NCBI GenBank assembly: GCA_040954595.2 | Contig: JBECUI020000038.1 | Location: 74,502 to 138,501, forward strand | Origin: Balanoglossus misakiensis | Taxonomy: Eukaryota > Animalia > Hemichordata | Direction: 5' to 3' | DNA: 64,000 nucleotides | Translations under genes and position numbers: made by a program | Notes under the pieces: model-generated | The model's database searches: none | Seen by the model: only the letters and a program-made list of their open reading frames with translations | Told to the model about the DNA's origin: nothing | In this document: positions 41,935 to 54,675 of the stretch, in pieces | Numbering within the stretch: the first letter of the stretch is position 1 | Layout: each line of letters opens with the position of its first letter

Positions 41935-42790
41935 TTTGAGCTAATATTATTGATTACCTATTTTTTATGCATTTTTTTGTATTTTTCCATGTTATTAGTA
42001 AAAAGTCTTCATTTCTGAAAGTGATGGGCTTACTTCTTTGAAATTTAGCATGAAGCTTCCTAATGGTTGTCTGAGTAACCATAGTTTTGTTCAAATTGTT
42101 GCAAAATTTGCATATTTATAATTTTGAGCAATATTTGCCATTTTTGGTCAATTTATTTTTCTTTAAAACCGCATGCCAGATTGCTTTGCAATTTGGTAGG
42201 CATGTTCGTAGGTGTAAGTCAAGTAATATGTTGTAAAAAATGTGATATTTTCATAAATGTGTTATCGGGGAAACTTTTGCAATTTTTGTCAAAAATTGTT
42301 TTCCTGAAACTGTTTGTCATATTGCATAGAACTTTGGCAGCATGTTCCTTGTAGTGATTGAGGTAAGGTATTGTACAATTTTGTGTTTTTGCCACTTTTG
42401 AACAAATATCTTTTGTGAAACTGCTTGTTGATTGCTTTGAAATTTGTTTTTTCTCTGATTGCTTTGAAATTTGGGATATAATTTCATAACACATACATGT
42501 ATATGTGCAACTTTTATTCAATTCTGATATCAGAAATATTCAATATTTAGCGAGTTTTTATGAAAGTTTCTTTGTTTTTGGTTAGCAAATCTTCTCCTTA
42601 ACCAATTATCCAGTTGTTTTGAAAGTTACTGTTTACAAGGAGTCGTTACCCCCAACTTAGACATGTTTACATAACTTCAATAAGCCAGCTGTCAGAGAGA
42701 CCATGGGCTATTAAATTTTTAATTACCAGTGGCAGGTCAGTGTGTGTGTGTGTGTGTGTGTGTGTCTGTCTGTCTGTCTGTTCCAGGGCT
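41935..42790. mobile_element. HINE-like remnants and a (tg)n(tctg)n microsatellite interrupting the Academ ORF
   Basis: Degenerate ttgctttgaaattt and tttgcatattt core repeats. Microsatellite at 42740-42780. Academ coding sequence resumes on both sides. Confidence 0.55.
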
Positions 42791-43577
42791 GACTGAAAGA
42801 AGTTGCTTCTCATATGTGTTTGTACAGACAATTTTTGGTCAATTTTTGGGCATGTTCCTTGTTTTTACATTCCATATTTCTATATCGTAAGATCATATCT
42901 GCTTGCAATGTCACCTGTAATTTTTATTCTGGTGTGTCACTGTTTCTACATAATCCTCAAATGGGACCACAGTGTCCTTGACGCTATTTTTCGCTGTGTC
43001 ATCTGAAAATATATTAGTTAGCTCCCTGGCGGTATTAAGTGGTGAAAATACATCAGCACCTTCAAGACAATTGATATACAACCTGCAGTTTGACTCATTT
43101 ATTTTATGTACGCTAACTGAATTATGGGTTTCATTTTGGAAAGGAAATAACTGATCTTTTAGATTCTTGGCAGCCATAGCTCTATAGGGTAAATAAATTG
43201 CTATTCTCTCCATTAACCCACCTGTAGAAGTATGCAATGCAGCTTTAACATCTTTATTGACACACATTTCATGGGCTTCATCTAGTGCTACATTAACCCA
43301 AGTTGAGCCTGACAAATTGCAAACAAAACCACCTGCTTTGAAATGTAACAACAGAGAGTTTGGCATCTTCAGAAGGTCAGCGAGATGTCTGGGAATTAAC
43401 CTCAAGTACAGGGATCGGTCATATGCATGGAACAGTGGGTTCATTTGTTTCAAAGCCAATATTCGAAGGTTCCAATTTCCTGACCTTATTGCAATGTACA
43501 AAGACATGTATGCAAACAAATCGTCCTCTATAAATCTAACCCAAAATTTGAAAGTTTTGTCTGTATTTGCCCTTCTG

Positions 43578-44192
43578 CACAGTACGTGAAATATCCCATG
43601 ATTCATTCTGATTTGTACAATCATTTACTCAGTCAAACCAGGCAAAGTTAACATGTGTAGAGAGAATTGTACACCACTAATATAAATTTTGAGATCTTAC
43701 TTTTAAGGTGAATCTTATTGTCAATTACCATTTCAAATGATTTAGAAAATTATGCATTATTGAGAGAGGAGATACGAATTTTATAAAATAATCAAGCAAT
43801 TGCATAGCCAGCCATACAAAAAAGTTTGGAGTAAAACAGGGTCACTTGTAAAACCTGTTTAATCAAACAAAAAGATATTGATTTTTTCTATTGACAGAAC
43901 AATGGAAATTTACATGTTAACTTTCAACAGAGACTGGCCACCTCAGTTAGTCATTGCTTGTTTCCCCTAAAGTGTGACATTTGCAGTACATTGATACTTT
44001 GATTTCTATGGCTTTTAAATTTTGATTTTGAAATTTACATTCTAATTCCTCAACGTACTTTTCCTAGATAAAAATAAATAGATTTATATGTACTTCATAT
44101 CATTGTTAGTATCTAAAACAGAAAAAGTTATTAAATGGGCAACCTTCGATGATACAAATAACGGAGACTTGTGGGTAAAATATCGTACTATG
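43578..44192. mobile_element. Transib/RAG-like non-autonomous element (CAYAGTA termini, 5-bp TSD)
   Basis: TSD ttctg at 43573-77 and 44193-97. Imperfect ~45-bp TIRs cacagtacg.../...cgtactatg. Removing it restores the Academ frame FCDRRANTDKTF. Confidence 0.8.
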
Positions 44193-44524
44193 TTCTGTCA
44201 CAAAAAATCTGAAATTCCTCTTGCAAGCCAGTAAGTTGAGCCTTAAGGTCACCATTAATTTTGTCAATATGATCAGCTTTATCTTCAGTACATTCCAAAC
44301 ATTTTGTGACAGCTTCTAGTAAACATTTTTGGACTGTTTCTGTATCTAAGGGACAGTGCTGGGTATTATGGGTTTCACCCCTCTGATTCAAAAAGGAATT
44401 GACAAGACATCTAAACATACGTTCCCAAATTTGTGTTGGGAAGCGATGAGTTAGCTTGAAATTTGTACACTGAACTAGGGTTTCCGAAGTTCCCCCTTTA
44501 TGATTGAACCCTGCCAGATGTTTT

Positions 44525-44937
44525 AAGATGGGTCCCTGGGATCTTTTTGCTCGTTGCTATGGGCCTTTATAGGACATTACACCCCGATTTGGACTAAGCC
44601 GTTTTCAGAGTCTAACAAGGGGCTGGTAACTAGTTGAAAATCTGCACGATTGTGAGCGCGCGCCCCCTGACGCCATTGATATGCAAATTAGCTAGGTCAA
44701 ATTTCAAAAGCCTAAGGCTTTTTATTCCGTGACCTCAAAAACGAACTTGATACGTATTCATTAGTTGCTTGAACCAGGGAAGATCGTTTTTTTCTGTTTT
44801 CGTCGTGCTAAGAAGCGATACCGGTGGAAGAGTGCGTCCAAAAACACCCAAAATCGATGACTTTTTCAGATGTGGTACGGGTATGCTGAAATCGTAGGAT
44901 ACAACGATAATATTCGAAAACAAAATCCGTCTCGTCA
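44525..44937. mobile_element. CpG-rich insertion (probable DNA-transposon end fragment) splitting the Academ transposase
   Basis: It interrupts IMKIFWDA | (L)KHLAGFNHKGGT...TNFKLTHRF and differs in composition from the flanks. Confidence 0.55.
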
Positions 44938-45456
44938 GCATCCCAGAATATTTTCATGATGACTGGTTGGTAATTTTTTAGAGTATGCCAGTCTCCGATA
45001 AAAGGCTGCAACCAGTCTAAATCTGCACCATACATGTCTTTTAACTTTATCAGGTGATGGAAAGTTTTCCCATCACCAACCACAACCAGGTATTTTATTC
45101 TTACACCAACTCTGAATGTAACATATACAGCTTATTGATAATGTTATGGACAGTTTCAATAGAGTCTGCGTGTTCACTTGATATGCCCAAATAAATGACA
45201 TTTGAGCATTCACTGTCATTACTGTTAGCAGTTGTTGCTAATGTTGATTTAAAATCCCCAAATACTGTTTCTATATCAGCTCTGTGCATTGTATTTTTTG
45301 TAGAGCAAAAATGAATGCGTCAGAAAACAGTTCTGACCAAGCAATGGCTTCTTCTTGTTTAATGTCAAAATCTGACAGCGAAATTGATGACTGTGGTTGA
45401 TGTTGTCTCAGTAGAGGTGGTTTAATTAAATACTACATCATCATGAACAGTATCAT

Positions 45457-47171
45457 ATGATAAACCTGGGGGTTTTATGTGGGAGCAACAGCCTATAAAA
45501 TCCCTTGGGGTTTTCTTTGGATACGATCGACTGAAATGTCTACTTTTGAAATGGGAAAAGAAAATTGAAAGGCTTAAAAGCGTGCTCAACATCTGGTCAC
45601 GACGTAAGCTGAGCCTTTATGGCAAAATTACGGTTTTAAAGTCTTTGGCACTGCCCACAATTTACTACCTTATGCTTAATCTTGGTGCTTTTGAAACGTG
45701 GCTCACGAATATCAACCGTCTTATTTTCAAATTTCTGTGGAATGACAAGCCAGACAAAATCAAAAGGCTCACACTCATTGCCCCTTATGATTGCGGGGGA
45801 CTAAACATGCCTGACATTTTTGCCATCCATGACGCCTTTTGTTCATCATGGGTTCGTAGATTATGTGACAATTCCTCTGCCAAATGGAAGGCCTTGCCAC
45901 TGCATTGGCTCGGGCACTATGGTCCAGATTTTCTTATTTTTCATTTCAATTTTAGCAACATTTCCTGTTTCCCATTTCTCGAGAGAATTCCCTTTTTCTA
46001 TAAACAAGTAATTTCAGCTTGGCATAGTGCAAAAGGTGGTTGCGTCACTTTCTCCAAACTCAGTAATTTAGATGTGCGTAATCAAATTATCTGGGGTAAT
46101 GTCAACATTTCAGATAATGGTAAGACTCTTTTTTTCCCTGGTTGGATTCACTCAAATATTATCTATGTCCAGGACATTGTCGATACCAACGGCGATTTTC
46201 TTCCACCTACACTGTTGTTACAAAAACTCGAGAATAAGTCAAATTGGATAGTTGAATGGATGAAGTTGCGGAATCTTATTCCCAGAGAATGGAAGTCTGT
46301 GTTGAAAGGTACTCAGTTGCATCAGATGCGTAGAGAAAAGAATTTTCTTCATGTCAATGGAAAAGTTTTTGTTTTACCTAATGATCTGTCTCGCCTTACT
46401 TCAAAATTTTTTACAGTATTTTTGTGCAAAATCGTTTTATTCGTCCATATTGTGAAAATACATGGAATCGTCGTTTGACCATGACTACTCCACTACAGTG
46501 GAGAACTATATGGGTTAACCAAACGACTGGATTGTGTTGTGATAGGAAACTTGCTGAATTTAACTTTAAGATTATGCATAACATTTTGCCATGTGGCATC
46601 AATCTTTTAAGATGGAAAATTAGTAAAAATGATCTATGTTGTCTTTGAAATGTAACTGATTCTTATGAGCATCTATTTTTAAAATGTCAACGTTTAGGGG
46701 ATTTTTGGCAGCGTTTATCTGCTTTGCTCAGCAAACTTGGCATATGTCATGAGGTCGACTTAGAAACTATTATTCTTGGTTACAAAACTATGTACAGTCA
46801 TCCTCTTTATAGATTTGTAAACATTGTCATTACCATTGCAAAGTATTGTGTATTCGCTTCATGGGTCCATTTACAACATGATATTAACAGCATTAGAGCA
46901 AAAACCAATTTCGATATATTTTACAGATATCTACAATTTATGCACCAAATACTCAAAAGGAATAATAATCTAGATTTCACCCATTATTGGAAGAAAATCC
47001 TTGCTTCCGTCTGAGATGTAATTATTTTGTTAAACAAATGTACCTGGTGAATCTCTTTTTATATAGTATTATTTTTTATTTATTTATTTATTTATTTATT
47101 TCATCAAAACACGATTTATCTTTATGATACATGTAAGATTAAATGAATGGAAATAAAAAAAAAAAAAAAAA
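45457..47171 (+). mobile_element. 5'-truncated Tx1/L1-clade LINE (ORF2 C-terminal part, 3'UTR, poly-A)
   Basis: ORF 45477..46478 (IKSLGVFFG, WSRRKLSLYGKITVLKS) and a CCHC remnant (..DSYEHLFLKC). aataaa plus an A-tail. 14-bp TSD atgaacagtatcat at 45443-56 and 47172-85. Confidence 0.92.
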
Positions 47172-50103
47172 ATGAACAGTATCATTGAATTTTTTCTCCG
47201 TAAATGTACAGGCTTTACTCACAGGTGCACTCAAACCTGTACCAGTATTTTTTGAGATAGATCTGTCAACCATGATTTTAGTATTATTTCCACAAGGAAA
47301 ATTGGCCAAAATTTTATTCATTTCAGAGTCTACTGTATTTTGTGAACAAAAGCCACTGTTTAATTCCTGACACCGTTCAAATGAATTCTTTGCATTTTCA
47401 CTCACCAGACTATCTTTTCTTTTAATTAACTGCCTGTTAAGAAGCAAATCATAATGGCCTGGTTGACCTGGCCTGTCTGGTGTGTACAAGAGACAGACAG
47501 GCTCAGTCTTGGAGAACACATCACCATCACCTCTTGCAAATATATCATTCTGCTTGGTGTATATATGTCCTTCAAAGTATATATGATTGGCACGCATTAT
47601 GTCTACTGTATCTGCTCTTAACTTGTCTGTGAATATTTTCTCTCGGTCAGCTAAAATTGGGTCAGAAGGGAGTCCATTAAGTAGACGATCACAATTTCGT
47701 AATGCAAAATCATTTCTCACAGAGATGCTCCTGAAAAAGCACCTTCCATCACCATAAATGTTGATTAGCTGAAAATCTTTGACAGTTGAATGTTTGTCAT
47801 GACTGCCAAAAACAATATCATCAATACTGTTCAGAATTGACTTTGATTTTGGTTGGACCATTCGATAAGAAGTACCGTGGAAACCTCTGTCCTTTGGATC
47901 AGCTCTAACAGCTGCATATTTAGCTGATTTATCAATATTGTCAATGGAAGTTAAACAAAATGCATTATTTGCAATATTTTCCTCTGTGAAATCAGCTGAT
48001 GTTCTTTTGTTGATCACTCCCAACATGTATCTATGCAATGTATCTCCAGAACAAATAATACCAAATCAATTTAGAATTTTCACTAGAGTAGATGACTTAC
48101 TATAACCTTCAACAATGTCAGCCAGGTAAGTATGCAATGGGTAAGTACAATGATCAGAACAAATGAACAATAGCATACACACAAAAGAAACGCCTGAGGA
48201 ATCATGCTCTACTCTCCATAGAGTGCCGGTCATAAAATCCATAGTTGTGTTTATTCCATACAAAGTTGGAGCTTTTTAATTTATTGCGTTCACTGTTGTT
48301 CAACGTTAAATATACAACAGTGTTCCATAACATAGGGTCAACCTCACTGACAATATATTCAACATCAAGTGTACTCAGATCAACATTGTTTGTTTTGCAG
48401 TAATTACTGAATTCTTGAGATTGCTGATAAATGCTGGCATTTAATTTCACAGCCACCAAATCAAGCATTTTGAAAAAGTCAACGTCAACTTTACTCAAGT
48501 CTCTTACTTGCTTTTCAAGCCTCTCTATCTGTTTCTCAGCTTGCACAACATACTGAGGATGTTCGACAAGTGCATTTTGGAGGGCAATAGTGAGATCTGA
48601 ACCTGTTCGGTACAAAAAGGTGGAGAACTTTCTACTCACTTTTGATACAACAGAAAGGTGAATTGGAAAATACACACATAGCAATTCCCGAATAAGCCAG
48701 CTTTTAGGTTTTCTGTGGAATTCCACTCGTTGTAACTTGACATTGGGTCGCAAAGTCTGATATTCATTGTCTAAACAATCATTGAAATATTGCCTGACAT
48801 CAAACAATAGAATGGCATGTTTTCTGAGGAGCACTTCTCCTAAAAAGACAACAGTTTTCCAGCATGCAAAATTCACCAAGTCGTCGTCACAGCTGCATCC
48901 TTTATTGTAGCATTGTGACATATTTTTTAATTTCTTCAGCAAGTGCTATATCACTCGACATAATTAAGCCTTGTTGAATACTACACCTGGCTTTTTCCGC
49001 TAAAGCAACAAATGTTTTATAACATTTCAAACAAATCAGGCTGTCTTGAGTAAGGGCAAATGGTGTGTTAGTTTGTTGGTGAAATGTTTGCACCATTTCA
49101 AAATCAGGGATTTTAAACAAATTGTTTGCCCGTGATAAGCACGAAGTACACAAGGGATGGCTTTTTCTCATAGCAAGGATGTAGTGACGTTGACACAGTG
49201 GAAATGATGAAACATCCTTTAAAACCTGAGTTGTCTATACTCAATTTTGTACACAGTCCTCCTCGCCTGAAATCAGCTCTATAATGTCGCGTAAAAAATG
49301 GCCTATTTTGCGACCCTTCAGCGGGGCCCACTCTAACAGCTACATGGTTTGAAGTACTTTCCCTCATTAACATATGTTAATGAGTACCGTGCGATCTGAC
49401 TGTACAGACAGAATAACACACATCGAGAGATTAACAGGCAAACACTGGCTGACCCATAAGCGGCCAATGGCATGTGTACTGTACACACAGCAAATGGTCT
49501 CTTTAACAGATAGCCAGTTATGTAAACATGCAGTTACCAATCACTGTTATTATTGACAAATTGCATCCAAGTCCAGACACAGGCTTGAATACAATGTTTA
49601 AACAATAACAACATTGCTTACCCAGCTTCACCGAGCTGAAATGATCGTTGACAACCAGAATAATACTGAATAAAAATTCAAAAATTACAGATACAGGACC
49701 TTTCGTTGCCCACATATTATATTACCGTGGTCTGTGCGTCGCATTTTAATTGGTCAAGATGAACGACATCACTGACCACAAATACCCAGTAATGGTTTGT
49801 TTACATGCCCGTAAATCTGAATAGTAATATTAGCAAACAGTTCAGTGAACACAACATTTTGCATAACACAAGTTCCGGGGCCCCAAGTCTTGTGTGTGGG
49901 ACATTTTCAGAAATATTGACGGTTTTCTTGAGATTGTTGGTAATGTAATGGAAATAAATGCAGGGCTCGGGCTCTAGCTAAGCTAAAATTAATGGGCTCG
50001 GAAGCCTCGCCCATGAATTTTTGGCTTTCCCCTCGCCCTTGCCCATAAACAAACATTAATGGTCATGGCGTCGTGCATTATTTCTATATTGTGTTGATCT
50101 TAC

Positions 50104-50220
50104 CTGTACACTCTCCATTGACCAATCAATATTCCACAGCACAAGTGAAATAAAAAGAGCCTGCTGTATTCACACACTGGCCTTCACAAAGATCTGCTCT
50201 CTCCATATATTCATTGACAT
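50104..50220 (-). pseudogene. EGF-Ca exon 2 (two Cys lost, in-frame TGA)
   Basis: atttcag|...|gtaag, 117 nt, phase 1-1: DVNEYMERADLCEGQCVNTAGSFYFTCAVEY*LVNGECT. Confidence 0.85.
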
Positions 50221-50541
50221 CTGAAATCAAAGATAGTTATTATTATTTATTTATTTTATTATTATTTATTTCCTAACAAATGTAATACACATACATCTTC
50301 TACAGAAAATAATAAAATTAGAAAACAAGTGAAAGCTTAAAGGATAAAAAATTACACTTAAAAACCCCAAACAAACAGAAACAGTTCTGAAAGACAATCC
50401 CTATAAACCAAAAAAGCAATGGAATGAAATAGTGCTGAATAAAAAGACGAGTCTTTAAACCCCTTTGAAAACTGTCAATAGATCCAGCATTGTGGATAGA
50501 AGGTGCACAAACACTGAATCCTATTTAGCCATATGCCTTGT

Positions 50542-50755
50542 CAGTGTTCGAAATTCATAGGAAATATCAAGCAGTCATTGTTTCTTTTAATTGCAATACA
50601 TGAACCTGGGAAAGTCTAAAAGATGCCATGATACCACTAGTCAACTCCCACGCTAAATTCAACCTGTCTGTCGGACTGGTAACATTTTATTTTTACCAGT
50701 CCTACAGAAAAACAACCAGTCTCGGACTGTCGGACAGGCTTTATTTCGTACACTG
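50542..50755. mobile_element. hAT-like MITE
   Basis: cagtgttcgaaat...atttcgtacactg, flanked by the direct repeat gccttgt(t). Confidence 0.65.
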
Positions 50756-51475
50756 GCCTTGTTAAGTTTTGAAATGCTCATTCATGGTGATGAGTTATCA
50801 AGAATATACCCGTTAAAAATTACTGTACCCTCAGAGAAGCATTTTGTAATGTCTTTAAAATGAGATGAAAACTATATGAATTTTCTAAGTGTATATTTAT
50901 TCTTTGCAGAGGTAATTTATTTAGCTATAGGTTGATAATTTATGCTAATTTCATTAAATTATGCAAATAAGTAGTGAAAATACTTGTACATGAATATATC
51001 AGACAGTCTTATAGTATCGTGTGAGGTTGATGACACATATTCTTAACCACATATTTCTTGATCAATTAATTGTTTTTACACCAAAGTCCTCAATATCCAT
51101 GGCGATCCCTTTCTAGGAATTTTAACACTCTCTATCATTCTCATTTTAACAAAATCCCCTGAAACTTGTGTACCCTGTCAGCAAAACTTTGTCTGATTTT
51201 TAAAATACAGATTACTTTTTCTCCCTTGCAAACAAATTTTCAAAGATAAGTTTTCACATTTGTTAATTTGTTTATATTATGCATAATTATAATTGGAAAA
51301 ATTCTGAGATACAATTTCAACAAACATGTGTTCAGTACGAGTGTGCGGTTGATTTCAAATTTTAAAATGTGTGCAATGGACAGACAGGATGTGTGTTTAG
51401 CTGATTGTAACCGTAGCAATATACAATCCCCAAACAATGTAGCCACAGAAGATATCAATATCCACAGTTACATAC

Positions 51476-51598
51476 CGGCACATGCATGGCCATCCTCCAG
51501 CAGATAGAATCCTGGTCTGCAAGTGCAGAGATAACTACCATGGGTATTCTGACAATAGTGTTGACATGCATATCCACCACTGTGACATTCATTCATAT
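51476..51598 (-). pseudogene. EGF-Ca exon 1 (intact 6-Cys pattern)
   Basis: ctccag|...|gtatgt, 123 nt, phase 1-1: DMNECHSGGYACQHYCQNTHGSYLCTCRPGFYLLEDGHACA. Confidence 0.9.
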
Positions 51599-52188
51599 CT
51601 GGAGGGTAAGAAGAAATTAGAAATTATTTACAAGCATTGAATTCACTTTAATTCCTTGGATTAAAAATACAGAAAAAATAGCCAACAGCTACTACAGCTA
51701 ACTTAGCAAAAATGTCGACAAAATTTTACAGTGACACTGGCGTACTCTGCCACTGATATGAGGATATAAGAAAGGGAACTGGAATATTTTTTCCTCTGTA
51801 TAATCAAATTAACAGTAAATGACTGCCATGGCAACATAACAGATGTTACAGTCAAACCCGTGTTAGGTGCCACCTCTATATAGTGGCTACTCTGTTACAG
51901 TCCATATACATTGTGTTAGGTATTGGTATTTACTGTTATGTATAAATTTGCAGTGTACGAGGCTGAACGAGTGAGCATGTGCAGTTGGCAATAAAAAAAC
52001 AGCATGGCTGTCTAGTTTGTACACACATGTCCTGTGTCGTCTAATCACTCTGGTATAAGCCCACAATAATATAGCAATATATTACACATTGCACATTAAA
52101 TGACCTGACTGTAGAGGCCACCTTTCTATAAAGGCCAGTTAGGAAAGTCCCCTGTCTGGCCAGTATAGACAGGTTTGACTGTACCTAC

Positions 52189-52372
52189 CTCTTTGTGGCT
52201 GTGAATCTGTACCTGGCCATCTCTCCTGTGGCTGTGAGTTGATAGAATTCACAGCAGCAATTGGTGGCATCTTACTGAACTGACTAGCATTTGCCATTTG
52301 CATGACACCCTCTGTGGCTTTCAGTGCAGCAGCTGGTGCCTGCTGGGAAGTCATCTTTGGAGGTGAAGTTGC
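52189..52372 (-). pseudogene. MED25: MED25 linker (SD1-like) exon
   Basis: ggacag|ATSPPKMTSQQAPAAALKATEGVMQMAN...SQPQR|gtagg, phase 0-1. Its position and Ala-rich helix resemble MED25 SAAQVAAQNAVEAAK. Confidence 0.55.
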
Positions 52373-52798
52373 CTGTCCAAAAAGATTAACAAACCTAGTT
52401 AATATGGAGCATTATCAAGGCCAGTATTCAAAACCCCATTTTTAATTCATGACTGCAATTTTTGATTCGATGTTGAGCTTGCAACTCTCAAAGTCCTATT
52501 TTCAACACACATTTGGATGGGATTGAGTTTTAGGGCTTATCAACATTAATCACATTAAAAATTGAATTTGATTACTGAGTCTGTGGCATTATCCAAAAAA
52601 GTCTTAGCATTTACAGAGTGGGTTTCTAGCAACCAAAACAGAAGTTTTGAATTTGTTTTGAAACAATAGTCAACTGTAAAGATAATGGTTAGACAAGGCT
52701 ATGTGAAACAGTCATAAAAAGCTTTCAATTCACAGGATGGGTAACTAGAAACGGCTATTTTATTATATAATAAAGTAGAAGGTAGACCACAACTGTAC

Positions 52799-53060
52799 CT
52801 GGGTGATGAAAATTGTCTCAATGGGATAAATGAAACAGTCACATTTGGTTGTTGTGTCCTGTTTGCTGTGACAGCGGATACTGGTTGGTTGGGTAAACTG
52901 GTAGGCTGACCAAAAGGCATTGATGACCTTTGACCTTGGCCCTGCATCTGGGGCTGACTTGGTTGAGTCAATTACTGTTGAGAGGATGACAGTTGTTGTG
53001 GAGACTGACTTCCAATTTGACTTGGTTGTCCAAGTGACAGATGACTTGTTGGTGCGGCAC
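52799..53060 (-). pseudogene. MED25: MED25 Q/P/S-rich linker exon with an in-frame TAA
   Basis: ctacag|GAAPTSHLSLGQPSQIGSQSPQQLSSSQQ*LTQPSQPQMQGQG..., starting in phase 1. Confidence 0.55.
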
Positions 53061-53389
53061 CTGTAGTAAAAATATTTAGTTGATTTATTTATATACTGTA
53101 AAACGGGAAATTTCTGTGACAGGAAATGTTTGCAATATCAATAGAGACAACTGTTATGCTACACTTAAATTTTGCTTTCTTATATTTCACTAACTGCACC
53201 AATATCCCTGAAAAACATTTTTACGTGACTTTTAATTTGCATTTTTTGGTTCTCGCGAAGTTCACAATAATTTCCTGTTTGACAGTAATTCATCTATTGC
53301 AAACAAAGAAAATATGTCTACCTAGGATAGAATGACTGGAACAGGTGCAGATCACTAGTATACAAAGCCAGTTCCTCCAAAACAATGAG

Positions 53390-53512
53390 AGGTAAAGTGC
53401 TGCGCTCAAGGGCACAATATCGCGGTCATGAAGTCACCATCCTCAAAACCCACGGCCATGTCCAGGTCTGGTTCTTGAACCCACAACCCTGTGCCCTCAC
53501 CACAAGGCCATG
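53390..53512 (-). mobile_element. Degenerate tRNA-derived SINE with a CORE-like domain
   Basis: On the minus strand: A-box-like tggccttgtggt, B-box-like gggttcaag, then ttgtgcccttgagcgcagcacttt. Confidence 0.5.
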
Positions 53513-54675
53513 ATGTCTCCTCAAACTCTCCTCAAAAGTCTCCTGCTTTAGTCTAATCATTGTTAGAAATACTTTCTGCTTTGACCTTTTACATGAAGGA
53601 TTTGATGCATACACACAGGCCAGTTGACAAGGAAAGCCTCTCAACATTGGTAAAACTGCATAATAATGATACATTGTAATTGAATATATTTGTGAACAAA
53701 AACAATCATGGCCTTTACACTATTAGCTACAACATCTAACCCTCAAACCAATCTGATGAAAATATTTTTTGACCCAAAAATGGAGTAGAACAATTTGCAT
53801 CTTTTATAGAACAGAAAAACAACAGTTCATAAAAACAATGAAAGTGTCCTTTTGATATCCTATGGCAAAATCTTTTCTTGGTCCCATCAAAGTTATAACT
53901 GCCTTTTTTATTTGAAAATTTGACAAAAAAGCCAGAGCGAATAATAATATGTGATGTGTAATAAATATTAATAAATATATTACTACCATTTTATGGAAGT
54001 ACCCATTTAGAGTAATGAAAACTTTAACAAACCACAAAAAAGGTTTTGTACATCACCACAATAGGATGAATTGGTTGTAAATGGCCATGTAAACATGTTG
54101 TATATTTGTCCTGTGAACTTTAGAATCTGGATTGTATGATTTCAAATATTTGCTCAGCAACAGATACCCAAGCCGTCACGCAGTTACACCCATTGGAAAA
54201 TGGTATCACCCACACCAAGGTGGATGGAAGTTGGTCCTGGCGCTTTTTTTCCCATGATTCAAATTACAGTTAAGGCCATATTATAAATTCTGCCAACTTT
54301 CCCTCGATTTTGTAAAATACCTGACGACTTATACTTGACGAATATGTTTTTTTTTCTGAAAGAGTGACCTCAAAGCTACCAAATTATGTAGAAAATCAGC
54401 TGGACCGGATTTCCCCTTTGAAAACAGTAAAACACAGGTGCAAGCTTTCTTTTATTATGGGTATGGCAGAGAAAGCTTTTGACTGCTGTCAAAATTCTCT
54501 GGCAAACACAGAAGGATTATGAAACTGAAAATGTTGATAATACAGTGAAACCTGTCAATACAGACATCTCTCTAATCAGGACAGATTGTTCAAGACAAAA
54601 GTAATGGCTTGAATAGAATATTACATGCACATTTCTTTTAAGGACACCTCTCTTTTAAAGGGACAAAGTCTCTCT

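Larger units (their letters stand above)
40502..49190 (-). pseudogene. Fragmented Academ polyprotein: DDE transposase, OTU-like domain, XPG/FEN-like nuclease and Cys-rich zinc finger
   Basis: Motifs in order: SIDNID...FHGT; GDGRCFFRSIS...GHYDLL (OTU); VVGDGKT...GDWH; LYIAIRSGNWNLR...DEAHE; HEEADSR...SPDTD...TGCDY (FEN/XPG, H3TH); GCGCKK..C.SRCCKC...CGPACRCNDCSN. Many frameshifts and nested insertions. Confidence 0.85.
38830..49402 (-). mobile_element. Full-length but decayed Academ (AcademX-type) DNA transposon
   Basis: TIRs cagtcagatcgcacggtgctcatttgcatatg and catatgttaatgagtaccgtgcgatctgactg. 4-bp TSD TACA at 38826-29 and 49403-06. Encodes transposase, XPG/FEN-like nuclease and Cys-rich C-terminal domains. 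Confidence 0.85.

Noticed and set aside
45477-46478. Longest ORF (333 aa) as a host gene
   Set aside because: It is the C-terminal part of a 5'-truncated LINE ORF2, with a poly-A tail and TSD.
53570-53660. Possible degraded MED25 exon following the vWA exon (FTNVER...PCQLACV)
   Set aside because: The position fits, but it requires an internal deletion and the similarity is too weak to call by eye.
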